Origin: a virus
Taxonomy: Duplodnaviria; Caudoviricetes
Reading direction: 5' to 3' (one strand)
DNA length: 64,000 nucleotides
Virus record (IMG/VR): IMGVR_UViG_2595698902_000001
Location: 192,001 to 256,000 of that record
Both the position numbers and the translations under genes were made by a program. The notes beneath the pieces are model-generated. The model was given only the letters and a program-made list of their open reading frames with translations, was not told where the DNA came from and did not search any database. Positions 21,089 through 30,041 of the stretch are shown here, piece by piece. Within the stretch, counting starts at the first letter, position 1, and every line of letters starts with the position of its first letter.

Positions 21089-21377
21089 CGGCGTTTCGTA
21101 TGCTGGTTTTACTGTGTCCCAGTTAGACCAGCTTACCGACTACGCCAAGCAGGCAGAAGCAAATACCAAAGCTTTGAATTTGCTGGCGGATGCGCACAAC
21201 AGCACAATCCGGCAGTACAATTTAATGGTGGATATTGCGAAGCAGCAGGAAGCACGGGCGAACGAAAACTATAGTCGCTACGTGCAGGAATTTGAAGCGC
21301 ACCAGAGTGACAAGCACTGGTGGGCAATTGAGAAAGTTTTCTGGCAGGCGCTAGCCATTATCGGCCTAGCGTTATAA
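20931..21377 (+). CDS. Spanin-like lipoprotein (o-spanin or u-spanin)
   Basis: Lipobox LPAC, coiled coil, hydrophobic C-terminus VFWQALAIIGLAL. Confidence 0.65.
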   Translation: MRTLILLALLFLPACSSQMPQTPQSNMQLKKLDELTLQASLPARPSPIAIQNNGVSYAGFTVSQLDQLTDYAKQAEANTKALNLLADAHNSTIRQYNLMVDIAKQQEARANENYSRYVQEFEAHQSDKHWWAIEKVFWQALAIIGLAL

Positions 21378-21402
21378 GGCGGGATTTGCGAGGGGAATAG
21401 TT

Positions 21403-21849
21403 GTGAAAATCAGTGAACACTACACCGACCTAGACGTTAGCTTTGACTTGCTGGCGCTCAAATCAAAGATCGACAACACGCCATCGCGTGCGGTCCTGAT
21501 CAATGCGGAAGTTTTGGCCGCAAACATTCTGGAACCGCTGCGCGACGAAGGATTTGATTTCAGGATTGCCAGCTGGTACAGAAGCAATGCGCTGGAACGC
21601 GAATATTGCAAACTGAGTTTCCACAACTGGACCCGTGAACAGGGGTTGCCATTTAACGAATCCAGCTGGGCGCAATACCTGCGAGACAAACAGCACATTC
21701 ACGGTTACGCCGTGGCGATTGTATCCAACGATTCACAACAGATTTTCGAGTGGCTGCAAAACCACACGTTCGACCTGTTGCAGCTGCGCAACGGATATAT
21801 CTACGTCTCGTATGTAGATGGTAAAAACCGTAAGATGGTACTGAAATAA
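21403..21849 (+). CDS. Peptidase M15A-family endolysin homolog, catalytically degenerate
   Basis: ISEHYT..IDNTPS..LEPLR..SWYRS..QH match M15A; expected Asp and second His are Ala and Tyr. Confidence 0.75.
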   Translation: MKISEHYTDLDVSFDLLALKSKIDNTPSRAVLINAEVLAANILEPLRDEGFDFRIASWYRSNALEREYCKLSFHNWTREQGLPFNESSWAQYLRDKQHIHGYAVAIVSNDSQQIFEWLQNHTFDLLQLRNGYIYVSYVDGKNRKMVLK

Positions 21850-21887
21850 AAAAGCCCCCGTTTCCTTCGTGGATTCGGGGGCTTTTT
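21848..21887. terminator. Bidirectional terminator between convergent blocks
   Basis: AAAAAAGCCCCCG...CGGGGGCTTTTT. Confidence 0.9.
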
Positions 21888-21892
21888 CGTTT

Positions 21893-22339
21893 CTAGCCTA
21901 CAGCAATTTCGTCTTCAAAGCCTTGCTCAAGCGCACCCAAGAAAATCTTGGGCGTGTGGGCTGTAGGTTCGCGCAATTTCTCAAGCAGCTTCACAATGTC
22001 ATCGCTGGGTTTATTCCAACGGAAATCTACGGTTTCGCGGTCGATGCGTACCACGTCCACCGTGATAGCAACTGCAACAAACTCGGAAAGTTTGCGTTTG
22101 CTGTGCAGCATGAATTTTTGTACGTCGTTTAAGACGATTGGAACAAACAGCATGTTAGTAGGGTTGCCGCCGTGTTCCAGAATCCCGTTGCGCACGTCGA
22201 GGAACTGGTGCGTGCCCCCGAGCACTAGCACACGTCCGCTCTTTGTGGAATGCGCGATCATGGACAGTAATGCAAAGGTTTTACCGGAGCGTTGGGCACC
22301 GATAAACATGCAGGTTCTTTTTGGTACTTTGACTTCCAT
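21893..22339 (-). CDS. Short P-loop-containing protein
   Basis: Walker A GAQRSGKT. Confidence 0.6.
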   Translation of the reverse strand: MEVKVPKRTCMFIGAQRSGKTFALLSMIAHSTKSGRVLVLGGTHQFLDVRNGILEHGGNPTNMLFVPIVLNDVQKFMLHSKRKLSEFVAVAITVDVVRIDRETVDFRWNKPSDDIVKLLEKLREPTAHTPKIFLGALEQGFEDEIAVG

Positions 22340-22367
22340 AAAACGATCCTCTTATTTGGGATTTTGT

Positions 22368-22934
22368 TTAGATTTGCCACTTGGAGCGCAGCAGCTCAAA
22401 CAGTTTTTCAACCGTGAGTTCTGTAGCGCCCATAATCGCGTCGAGATTGTCGCGATTCATGTTCGGCTGCGTGCAAAGATTTCGGAACGCAATCAGGTCT
22501 TCATGCTTCAACATCAGCAGGAAATTGGCGTCGGCTTTTGCATCTTTTTCGTCGTGGACTTCGGCAGCGAGGAACTGCACACGCGGCGACTTTTCAGAGG
22601 ACGCGACGACCGGGCGACGAATTGCTTTCAGCAGAGATTTATACAAACGATCCATGCCGCCCGCGATCATATCCTGTACGCTCAGGTACGCATACGACGG
22701 GAAGAAATCTACAGGACCGACAGAATCGATTTTGTGAATTTGCGAGCCGATAAACAGGTTTGGCGTATCGTGGAAAACCGGGATATCGCCAACATGAATT
22801 CGCGCAGCCGGATCACCGTCACAGGCGTGGACGTAGAAGGGCACACCGTCTTTTGTGTACGACGGGAACAGTGCGAGATTTCCGTCTTCTTTCAGGATGC
22901 GATTCAGCTGGGCAGCGGAAACAATAAACGACAT
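22368..22934 (-). CDS. Hypothetical protein
   Basis: 188-aa ORF abutting neighbours. Confidence 0.6.
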   Translation of the reverse strand: MSFIVSAAQLNRILKEDGNLALFPSYTKDGVPFYVHACDGDPAARIHVGDIPVFHDTPNLFIGSQIHKIDSVGPVDFFPSYAYLSVQDMIAGGMDRLYKSLLKAIRRPVVASSEKSPRVQFLAAEVHDEKDAKADANFLLMLKHEDLIAFRNLCTQPNMNRDNLDAIMGATELTVEKLFELLRSKWQI

Positions 22935-23618
22935 TTATTCGCCCTCTTCTCGGTTGTAGGTTGGGAGCGCAGCAGCCGTGCGGTACTTGGCTTTTTCGCC
23001 CATGATGAAATTGTAGAATGCTCGGCTAGGCGGAACGCCCAAGCGAATGTATTCCAGATAACCGGCAGGCCAAGACCAGCCGTTGAATTCGTATTCGCCA
23101 CAGCCACGATTTACGTTGGTGAGTCGGCAGAAACTCATACCGCGATACAGCACCTGCTCCAAAACTTCTTCGATTTCGACCAGATGGTTGATGAAATCTT
23201 GGCGGTCAAATTCTGGAATATCCATGACGACCGGCCACGGATAAAGCGAAACTTCTTTTTCGTAGTGCGTGCGGAAACTGGAACGGCCACTTTGGATAGG
23301 CGCGGGCAGCTCTTCTTTGTTGCGCCAGTAGCCTTCGATACGCTTGGGGAATCTCGACGTAGCATTCAGCGCTTCAAACTGCCGCTTCTGCGCGCTGTAC
23401 GTTGCGTGCTTCAAAGCCTCGATACCCATGTCGGTCGGCTCTACCAGTTTCACAAAACGATATTCGCTTTGTGGATATTCGCCGTCCAAAGAATATTCGT
23501 GCTCGTTACCGGTATAGCAGTAGGTGCGGTCGTCATATAGGCGCACAATAGCGGGCTTATCTACCGGTGTCAGCAGCCAGTAATAACCGGGTTCCTTCAC
23601 TTCATACCATTGCAGCAT
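22935..23618 (-). CDS. Hypothetical protein with EPGYYW N-terminal module
   Basis: WYEVKEPGYYW; C-terminal YRGMSFCR...WP motif. Confidence 0.65.
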   Translation of the reverse strand: MLQWYEVKEPGYYWLLTPVDKPAIVRLYDDRTYCYTGNEHEYSLDGEYPQSEYRFVKLVEPTDMGIEALKHATYSAQKRQFEALNATSRFPKRIEGYWRNKEELPAPIQSGRSSFRTHYEKEVSLYPWPVVMDIPEFDRQDFINHLVEIEEVLEQVLYRGMSFCRLTNVNRGCGEYEFNGWSWPAGYLEYIRLGVPPSRAFYNFIMGEKAKYRTAAALPTYNREEGE

Positions 23619-23859
23619 TTTTCGCTTCCTTTTCTGCGACCAGCTTGGCCATTTCTGCTTTCGGGAAATCGATCTTTACGTAGTATTTGAAATCGTCCTG
23701 CTCGGTCAGCTCTTCGCCGCGTTCATCGGACGGCGTGAACATTCGCCCCTCCCACAGCTCGGCAACTACAGCAGTAAGAAATTCAGGATCGTTTTTCTGA
23801 AAAATCCAGTAGTAGCCCGGCTCTTCCAGATTTACTTCGTGCCATTCCAACAGTTTCAT
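23602..23859 (-). CDS. Small EPGYYW-module protein
   Basis: MKLLEWHEVNLEEPGYYW, paralogous to the N-terminus of 22935-23618. Confidence 0.6.
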   Translation of the reverse strand: MKLLEWHEVNLEEPGYYWIFQKNDPEFLTAVVAELWEGRMFTPSDERGEELTEQDDFKYYVKIDFPKAEMAKLVAEKEAKNAAMV

Positions 23860-24185
23860 GATGCACCCATGATTAATTTGCGGATGGTTTGACCGTGGCA
23901 GCGCTTTGGGTAGCAGTGACAAAGCAGACGTAGTTTTGCGCCTGCTAAATATTGCTGCCGCAAAGCAAGAATCCTGCGGCGATACTTACTTTTCGGTTTC
24001 CTCATGCGAGAAAACGCCCAAGCTTCGTATCGGTCGCAGGATTCTTTTCGGCTGCCTGTCAGGCTTATGGGAAATTTGTTCCCGAATATGGTCTTTCTAT
24101 CAATGCGCACATCTACAAAACCAGCTAGCGGTGCGTCACTAACTTTCCCTATCCGTATTTCCCCATTTCCAAACAGGCCCGCCAA
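23856..24185 (-). CDS. DUF4326-family protein
   Basis: IDRxTIFGNxF and LxCHCxPxRCHG signature. Confidence 0.8.
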   Translation of the reverse strand: MAGLFGNGEIRIGKVSDAPLAGFVDVRIDRKTIFGNKFPISLTGSRKESCDRYEAWAFSRMRKPKSKYRRRILALRQQYLAGAKLRLLCHCYPKRCHGQTIRKLIMGAS

Positions 24186-25220
24186 TTACAGCGATTTGAA
24201 CGGAGTGAAGCTGTACGAATCCGGGCCTTCCTTACGGAAAACACCAGAGGTCAGCAGCAGGCCGGTGCCTTTGCGCCACAGCAGCCAAGGCTTGTCGGCC
24301 TCGACAGCTTTGGTCACTTGCTCAGCTTTCAGAATATCGTTTACATCCTCGGTAGTAACGAATTCGCCGTTACGCCAGAATTTGTAACCGTCTTCCATAA
24401 CGCGCAGCAACAGAATTTCCGCGCAATCCGCCAGAACGAAATCGACCAACGGAACGTCGTGGTGATACGACGGGCGCTGTACGAGATTGTGGCGGAACAT
24501 GTGCATCGGAATTGCTGCGAGTCGTTGCTGAACTTTGGTGCAGGCACCGATATGCCAAACCTTGGCAATCTTTGCAGTTTTTTCCAGCATACGCAGGTAA
24601 TTAGCCGCATGTTGGAAATCAGTCATCAGGATTTCATCTTGACGACTGCCCACGCCGGATTTGTAACGGATGCTGTACGCTTGCTTACTCGGCACAACGG
24701 TAATGGTGATAACGCCACCAGTACCGCTAGCTTTGTAGGTTTGAATCTTGCGCAGCTCCCGCTCGGTCAGCTCCACGCCTTTCGGTGCGCGAGTTTTAAT
24801 CGAGTCAGAGAATCCAACTGGCGAACCAATATACTCAGCTGCCATTTGCATGAATTCTTTGAGGCCGAAGTAGCACTCACGATCCCGCTTAGAAGCAGCG
24901 AGAATTTTCTCCTTCATTTCCTCGACTTTCGACAGTTGCATGTTTTCTTTTTCTGGATGGGAGAACATCAGTTCACCGTCCGAGTACAGATGCACGCTGA
25001 ACTTGAATTGAGCATCGTTGTAGGCGTCGTACATATCGTACATTACACCAACAAATTTGCGACCTTCGTGTTCACCATCGAACGGCAGGATTTTGCCGTC
25101 TACGCTGTAAGCCGTGTTACGGGCAGGCAGCGCGAAATCAAGAATGCTGTCCAGTTCGGTTCGCAGGGCGATAGTTTCTGCGGCCAGCACAGGAGTTTCA
25201 GCAGTCATAGTCGAAGTCAT
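24186..25220 (-). CDS. Hypothetical protein
   Basis: 344-aa ORF with AAGGGA RBS. Confidence 0.7.
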   Translation of the reverse strand: MTSTMTAETPVLAAETIALRTELDSILDFALPARNTAYSVDGKILPFDGEHEGRKFVGVMYDMYDAYNDAQFKFSVHLYSDGELMFSHPEKENMQLSKVEEMKEKILAASKRDRECYFGLKEFMQMAAEYIGSPVGFSDSIKTRAPKGVELTERELRKIQTYKASGTGGVITITVVPSKQAYSIRYKSGVGSRQDEILMTDFQHAANYLRMLEKTAKIAKVWHIGACTKVQQRLAAIPMHMFRHNLVQRPSYHHDVPLVDFVLADCAEILLLRVMEDGYKFWRNGEFVTTEDVNDILKAEQVTKAVEADKPWLLWRKGTGLLLTSGVFRKEGPDSYSFTPFKSL

Positions 25221-25265
25221 GATTTTTCCCTTTGGTATTTTGGGTTAACTGGGATTGGATTATCC

Positions 25266-26009
25266 CTAGTTTGCTTCTACAAAAATTTCCGTCATAGGCA
25301 TGTAGCGCTCACGGAAATATTGCTCATGGCGACCGCTATCGGGTGCGTTGTGCGTGTACTGCACTTTCACTTCGATAACTTTCGTCAAGCCTTTGGTTTG
25401 CAGATAGGCGGCGGTTTTCCCGGTAGGAGGCATGATGCGCCGTCCCTCTTCTACAAAACATTTAATCGGGTCTTTCAGTGGACGATCCGTAGCGGATTTA
25501 AACCAGCGATCAACCGAACCCAACAAGAAAGGTTCCGTCGAGCCTTGCGGGTGAATCAGCAGGCCTTGGCCCTCGGCAGTTACGCCAATGCGCAGCGCTT
25601 CGATGCTGGTGCCGTGCAGCTGAATAATCGTCATTGGGCGGTGACGATAAATCGTAGGAATCTCTTCCACAAAACGTCGAATATGCGAGCGCGCCTGCTT
25701 CACAATAGCGGCCAGACAATCTTGGTAATGCGGATGATCGAATTGCGCGCGGCTGTAGCATTGCTGGATTTGATCCAGAACATCCTCGGCGCGCAAATCT
25801 TTTGGCAAGAAAAGGGAGCCGGAGTTGTAAATTACATGGATCAAACCGCGCCCATTGTTGACGAGAAACCGACCGTCGTTTTCTTTTGTGGAATCCTCGA
25901 TGCTAACAGTCATCAGGTCGCTTTGGCATTCGTGATTTTTATTCGCGTAGTGCCAACCAGCTCCGCCGTTAATCTTTGAGATATGCCGCATCAGATCATT
26001 CAGGTCCAT
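25266..26009 (-). CDS. Hypothetical protein, paralog family P
   Basis: C-terminal FVEE...YLQTKGLTKV...APD resembles 32542-33378. Confidence 0.65.
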   Translation of the reverse strand: MDLNDLMRHISKINGGAGWHYANKNHECQSDLMTVSIEDSTKENDGRFLVNNGRGLIHVIYNSGSLFLPKDLRAEDVLDQIQQCYSRAQFDHPHYQDCLAAIVKQARSHIRRFVEEIPTIYRHRPMTIIQLHGTSIEALRIGVTAEGQGLLIHPQGSTEPFLLGSVDRWFKSATDRPLKDPIKCFVEEGRRIMPPTGKTAAYLQTKGLTKVIEVKVQYTHNAPDSGRHEQYFRERYMPMTEIFVEAN

Positions 26010-26027
26010 CGTCGTCTACCTTTTCGT

Positions 26028-26534
26028 TTATGCTGCGTTTAAATTTTTCGGCTTGGGTATCTTGAAAGCTGGCGTTGAATCTTTACGCGGCAGCTCTTTG
26101 ATTGCGTCAAGGAACTTGTGGTGTTCGCGGCTCAGCTTATCGCGAGCTTCTGGCAGAGTGAACCACTTGCGTTTGCGCATGTGTTTTTCTTGCCACGAAT
26201 CGAACTGCGATAGGTATTCCATTGCGTACATGACGACGACTTGTTTCATGCCGTCTTTTTCGTATTCAAAGGTTCCGATCTTTTTGGTACATGTGCCGGT
26301 GACGCCTGCCTCTTCAAAGCATTCTTTCGCTGCGTTTTCCCGCGCGTCAAGGTGCTTTTCTTGACCGCCTTTAGTGAATCCCCACCACGCACTTTTCTTC
26401 AACTTTTTAACCAGCAGAACCTGCCGGATACCGTCCTTGTCACGGTAAGGAATACAACCCGATTGCTTGCGTACTTTGAGTTTTGTTTTCGGCAGCTCAG
26501 CGGGGGAAGCTTGAAGCGAAACCATCATCTGCAA
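26028..26534 (-). CDS. Nudix hydrolase (DIPP/Ap4A-Ap6A-like)
   Basis: Nudix box KGGQE..ARENAAKECFEEAG; WxExxxRxRxWF motif. Confidence 0.9.
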   Translation of the reverse strand: MQMMVSLQASPAELPKTKLKVRKQSGCIPYRDKDGIRQVLLVKKLKKSAWWGFTKGGQEKHLDARENAAKECFEEAGVTGTCTKKIGTFEYEKDGMKQVVVMYAMEYLSQFDSWQEKHMRKRKWFTLPEARDKLSREHHKFLDAIKELPRKDSTPAFKIPKPKNLNAA

Positions 26535-26594
26535 ATCCTCTAGGTATTAGTCGGGTACGCCGCTGTGCAACGTACCTTCTTAAATTACACCTTA

Positions 26595-26605
26595 TATTTA
26601 CAGTT
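26595..26605 (-). promoter_or_regulatory. AACTGTAAATA motif copy 1
   Basis: Exact 11-mer overlapping a stop codon, upstream of the Nudix gene. Confidence 0.6.
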
Positions 26606-26774
26606 AACGGCGCATGTCGTGAATGGCTTGCTCAGCCGCATCCACAAACGTCAAACCGCTATGGCCCCACGACCACGGCGCGGTCCAATCGGGATGGGAA
26701 ATCAACTTTTTGCGGAAGCAAACGGTCAGCTTGAGGTCTTCCAAATCTTCAAGGAGTATCCGGTAATCAATCAT
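26604..26774 (-). CDS. Small hypothetical protein (56 aa, not in ORF track)
   Basis: MIDYRILLEDLEDLKLTV...HDMRR; fills the gap between two motif copies. Confidence 0.55.
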   Translation of the reverse strand: MIDYRILLEDLEDLKLTVCFRKKLISHPDWTAPWSWGHSGLTFVDAAEQAIHDMRR

Positions 26775-26811
26775 TTTATTCTCAGTGCGAGAGCGTTGTG
26801 GTTATACTGTA

Positions 26812-26822
26812 TATTTACAGTT
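26812..26822 (-). promoter_or_regulatory. AACTGTAAATA motif copy 2
   Basis: Exact 11-mer directly after a stop codon; part of ACTGTA-AATA-TACAGT inverted repeat. Confidence 0.6.
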
Positions 26823-27677
26823 TTACGAACGGAAGGTAATGATGAATTTTGGCTCTTTGTAAACGCTTTCAGGCGAATCAAGCAAGGCCGCGACGTGCGG
26901 GTCAGCGGAACCCAAAACAACCTCGACCATTTCGTGCTTAACGGATTCCAGACCACGCGCCAGCATATCGAACAGGAAATAACTCGGCTGGTGCATTGTC
27001 ACGAAACTATTACCGACTTCCACTTGGCGGCGGTGTGGTTTGGACAAAGCTGCATCGGCAGTCAGGCCAGCGATAACATCGTCAAAGTTTTTGACCAGAG
27101 CGCTAGTCGAATCTTCGATGTATCTATAGAAATCGCTGTAGCGGTCGTTTGCGAACGACGCATCCATTTGTGCATCAGGGTGGCGGTGCGCGTAAAACGC
27201 AATCGACAAGATGAAGTGTTTGTCGTTATCTCTTGCGTCCGGTTTACCGAGGTACAGATCGATACTCTGACCGACTTGCGTTTGGTACGTTTCGATACCG
27301 GCTAGACCGAACACATCTTGCACCTGCGCTACGATAGCTTTTACTTTCGTTTCCAGAACGCCGGAACGCTCAGCCAAATCGACAACGTGCGCAACCAATT
27401 GTTGGCGCGTTTTTTCGTCGGTGATGTTGTGGCCCGACCATTCCTGTTTACCGCCACCAACCACAGCGAATCTGCGCGCTCCGTCTTCGACTTTGTAGAA
27501 CCAAATACCGTAACCGTTTTTGACCAGACGGCGATGGGAATCCGGGCCGCTGTTAACCCACGCATTGCTGTCTGTGTGTTGGTTAGGGCGTTTGTGGGAA
27601 ACGCTCACAAAACCCAGCTCTTCCAACTCCGTCATCAGCTGGTTGGCGACTTCGACGGAAATGATATTTTTACTCAT
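26823..27677 (-). CDS. Hypothetical protein, paralog family P
   Basis: Start reassigned to MSKNII; C-terminal PSYFLFDMLARGLESV module. Confidence 0.7.
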   Translation of the reverse strand: MSKNIISVEVANQLMTELEELGFVSVSHKRPNQHTDSNAWVNSGPDSHRRLVKNGYGIWFYKVEDGARRFAVVGGGKQEWSGHNITDEKTRQQLVAHVVDLAERSGVLETKVKAIVAQVQDVFGLAGIETYQTQVGQSIDLYLGKPDARDNDKHFILSIAFYAHRHPDAQMDASFANDRYSDFYRYIEDSTSALVKNFDDVIAGLTADAALSKPHRRQVEVGNSFVTMHQPSYFLFDMLARGLESVKHEMVEVVLGSADPHVAALLDSPESVYKEPKFIITFRS

Positions 27678-28581
27678 TGGGTTCGCCCACAAAAGGTTGT
27701 TTGAACAGAATGCGTGTATCGGTGACTTTGTAGCTTGCCGCGTCAAGGTCTTGCTTAACCAACAAACCGTCGATTGTAGCATTGCCGGTTGTCGATCTTA
27801 CGGTGTGTTCTTTGCTGCCAACGCCCAGCACGCCAAGGTCGAGCATGTATTGCAGATATTCGCCGGGGCAACCGAGCGTAACGATCAGGCCGTTACCTTC
27901 GTTCGCACAAATCAGGAATTTTTTGAAGCGGTCGTGCTGGTCGCGAATCACGCGCAGGCAGTCTTCCAGCGTTTCGACTTTATTCCGGGGAGTATCGTCG
28001 TCTTCGCATTCGCCGTCGTCCGGTTCGGCGCAGCCTGTATCCTCGAAAATGCGCCAGTCATTACCGACGAAAATTGCAGACTGCAAAACCATTGCGCCGG
28101 GGCGGTTGAATTTCAAGGTAAACAGATCGGGTTTTGCGTCCGAGTCCGCGTCTTCCAACGGCAGCGCCGGGCTGATATCCAGCTTGAAATGAATTCGTTC
28201 TTTTTTCTCGACGCGCAGGAAAGGAATACCTGCCGCTTCCAGCACAGGCGCCAATTGATCAGCCAGTGCATTGAGTGCGGCGTGTTTCCGATCCAGACTG
28301 TTGGCTGCGCTGATAATGCGTTCGGCCAACTTGTTCACGTCTTTGGCCTGCTTCGGACCGCATATTCTGAACTTAGGAACAAACGCAGTAAAACTAGCTT
28401 CTTTTTTCGGCGTCGTGTAGTAGGAAGTGCGTACCCACGCGAGGCCGCGACGGTACATGTTTTCGGTGCGAGCGGTACGCGATTCAGCGTTGCCCGTTTC
28501 TACGCCGTGCTCAGTGCAAATAAAACCGGCATCGTGCAGCAGGGCTTCCAGTTGCTGGATAAATTCTACTTCATAGCGCAT
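27670..28581 (-). CDS. Hypothetical protein, paralog family P
   Basis: C-terminal PGEYLQYMLDLGVLGV module. Confidence 0.7.
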   Translation of the reverse strand: MRYEVEFIQQLEALLHDAGFICTEHGVETGNAESRTARTENMYRRGLAWVRTSYYTTPKKEASFTAFVPKFRICGPKQAKDVNKLAERIISAANSLDRKHAALNALADQLAPVLEAAGIPFLRVEKKERIHFKLDISPALPLEDADSDAKPDLFTLKFNRPGAMVLQSAIFVGNDWRIFEDTGCAEPDDGECEDDDTPRNKVETLEDCLRVIRDQHDRFKKFLICANEGNGLIVTLGCPGEYLQYMLDLGVLGVGSKEHTVRSTTGNATIDGLLVKQDLDAASYKVTDTRILFKQPFVGEPNE

Positions 28582-28890
28582 TTAATTTGCCTCCACGGCT
28601 GTTCTGTTCCACTGGCTTGCGTTGCGAATCAATACGTCGTCAATCTCGCCGCGAGAATCCAAATCCAAAGTTTCCGAACGCCCGTGGCAATTAGGATCGC
28701 CGCTGACTTCGCAGAAACCTGCGCTAACCACATTCAGCGTTGGCTTGATATCGCCGCCTGTACGATCCATTGCGCGAATCGTCATTTGCGACATTACATC
28801 GTGGTTGATGCACTTTGGAAAAATGATCGGCAGTTCGTGAATCACGCCGGTCTGATAATCGCGTCCTTGCATAACAATGTACTTCATCAT
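28582..28890 (-). CDS. Hypothetical protein, paralog of 35808-36122
   Basis: MKYIV..PIIF..SAGF..SRG..D pattern. Confidence 0.65.
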   Translation of the reverse strand: MMKYIVMQGRDYQTGVIHELPIIFPKCINHDVMSQMTIRAMDRTGGDIKPTLNVVSAGFCEVSGDPNCHGRSETLDLDSRGEIDDVLIRNASQWNRTAVEAN

Positions 28891-28905
28891 TTCTCGTTTT
28901 CCTTG

Positions 28906-29040
28906 TTAACGACGAATAGCGAAACCGGAATGCCCAGTTTGTGCAGCGAATCCCTTGGAGACTTTTGGTTCGTTGCAACCGATCAACGCGACAAGCGCGA
29001 AGACCGGCAACAGCGGCATAATATTGCGGAGATTTTTCAT
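28906..29040 (-). CDS. Tiny lipoprotein (44 aa, not in ORF track)
   Basis: MKNLRNIMPLLPVFALVALIG-CNEPK...; lipobox LIGC. Confidence 0.55.
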   Translation of the reverse strand: MKNLRNIMPLLPVFALVALIGCNEPKVSKGFAAQTGHSGFAIRR

Positions 29041-29468
29041 AGCAATACTTTCCTAAACCCTTGGTCAAAGAAAATCGTTACGCCTTGTGTTTTGGAGCCG
29101 TGGCCTGTGATGCACACTGCACCGGGACTGCGTGAAATCTTGTGCTCGAAATCTACCCGTTTGAACAAAGCGCCATTCTCTTTGCAGCGCGCTTTCATTT
29201 TATTTACAGTTTCGTAGGAGAAGCGTGGCGGCTCACGGAGCTGGAATTCTGTGTACCAATACTGCGCCCACTCTTCGCGCTTCTGCACATCCCTTGCACG
29301 TTCTGCGTGGCGTTCGGAATAGCCGTTAAACGAATTACTCTTTGGGCCGTTTATGTACCACACAATCCCGAGGAAAAACAGCAAGGCAAACACAGCAAGG
29401 AACAGAGCGGTCAGGGCATCGCTCTTAGCATGACGGTCGCATTTGCAACAGCAACATTTAGTCGTCAT
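29037..29468 (-). CDS. Single-TM membrane protein
   Basis: Cys-rich N-terminus followed by ALTALFLAVFALLFFLGIVWY. Confidence 0.65.
   Translation of the reverse strand: MTTKCCCCKCDRHAKSDALTALFLAVFALLFFLGIVWYINGPKSNSFNGYSERHAERARDVQKREEWAQYWYTEFQLREPPRFSYETVNKMKARCKENGALFKRVDFEHKISRSPGAVCITGHGSKTQGVTIFFDQGFRKVLL
29201..29211 (-). promoter_or_regulatory. AACTGTAAATA motif copy 3 (intragenic)
   Basis: Exact 11-mer about 160 bp upstream of the tiny lipoprotein gene. Confidence 0.45.
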
Positions 29469-29772
29469 TTTTGCACACCTTTTTGAAGCCTTGGCCTAGC
29501 GGCGGAATACCCGGCATCGCAGGCCAGTGTGCGTTAATGCGTTTGATCGAACCGTCTGGCGCTTCGCACACAGCAAACACAGGCGTAGGGGCGTTGGCTC
29601 GCAAATCGGTTTCTTTGCCTTGGTATTTCAGGCCTTCCAATTCACAAGTTTTCTTTGCAGAATCGCCCCACGGGTCTTTCGACAAATCACGCTGCGCAGG
29701 AGGCACGCACTCTTCTTTGGAACAGCCAACCAGCGCCAGCGCTACAGCCAAAACAATAGAAATCTTTTTCAC
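29458..29772 (-). CDS. Lipoprotein
   Basis: GTG start after AGAGG; KKISIVLAVALALVG-C lipobox. Confidence 0.7.
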   Translation of the reverse strand: MKKISIVLAVALALVGCSKEECVPPAQRDLSKDPWGDSAKKTCELEGLKYQGKETDLRANAPTPVFAVCEAPDGSIKRINAHWPAMPGIPPLGQGFKKVCKNDD

Positions 29773-29794
29773 GTCATCTGCCTCTTTCGTGGTT

Positions 29795-29816
29795 GGTGCC
29801 CGCCGAAGCAGGCACC
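29795..29816 (-). other. cUUCGg tetraloop hairpin
   Basis: GGTGCCTGC-TTCG-GCGGGCACC on - strand; no U-tract in the sense direction. Confidence 0.6.
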
Positions 29817-29825
29817 GTTTACTTT

Positions 29826-30041
29826 TTACTTGTTGAATTTCTGCCGGATTTTCTGAGCGAGAATACCCAGCCCGGAATGGGCAACATACGCAAACTCGGC
29901 GGCACTGAGCACAAAGCCCAGCAGCACCATGACTGCGAAATCGCCAGCGCCCGACCGACTGTGCTGCCATGCGTATTTAAACGCGGAGTAAATCCACATG
30001 GACAGGACAACCAGCAGGAAAAGAGCAAGAATACGCATCAC
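29826..30041 (-). CDS. Small two-TM membrane protein
   Basis: Two hydrophobic segments; start overlaps the stop of the ATP-grasp gene. Confidence 0.65.
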   Translation of the reverse strand: MMRILALFLLVVLSMWIYSAFKYAWQHSRSGAGDFAVMVLLGFVLSAAEFAYVAHSGLGILAQKIRQKFNK

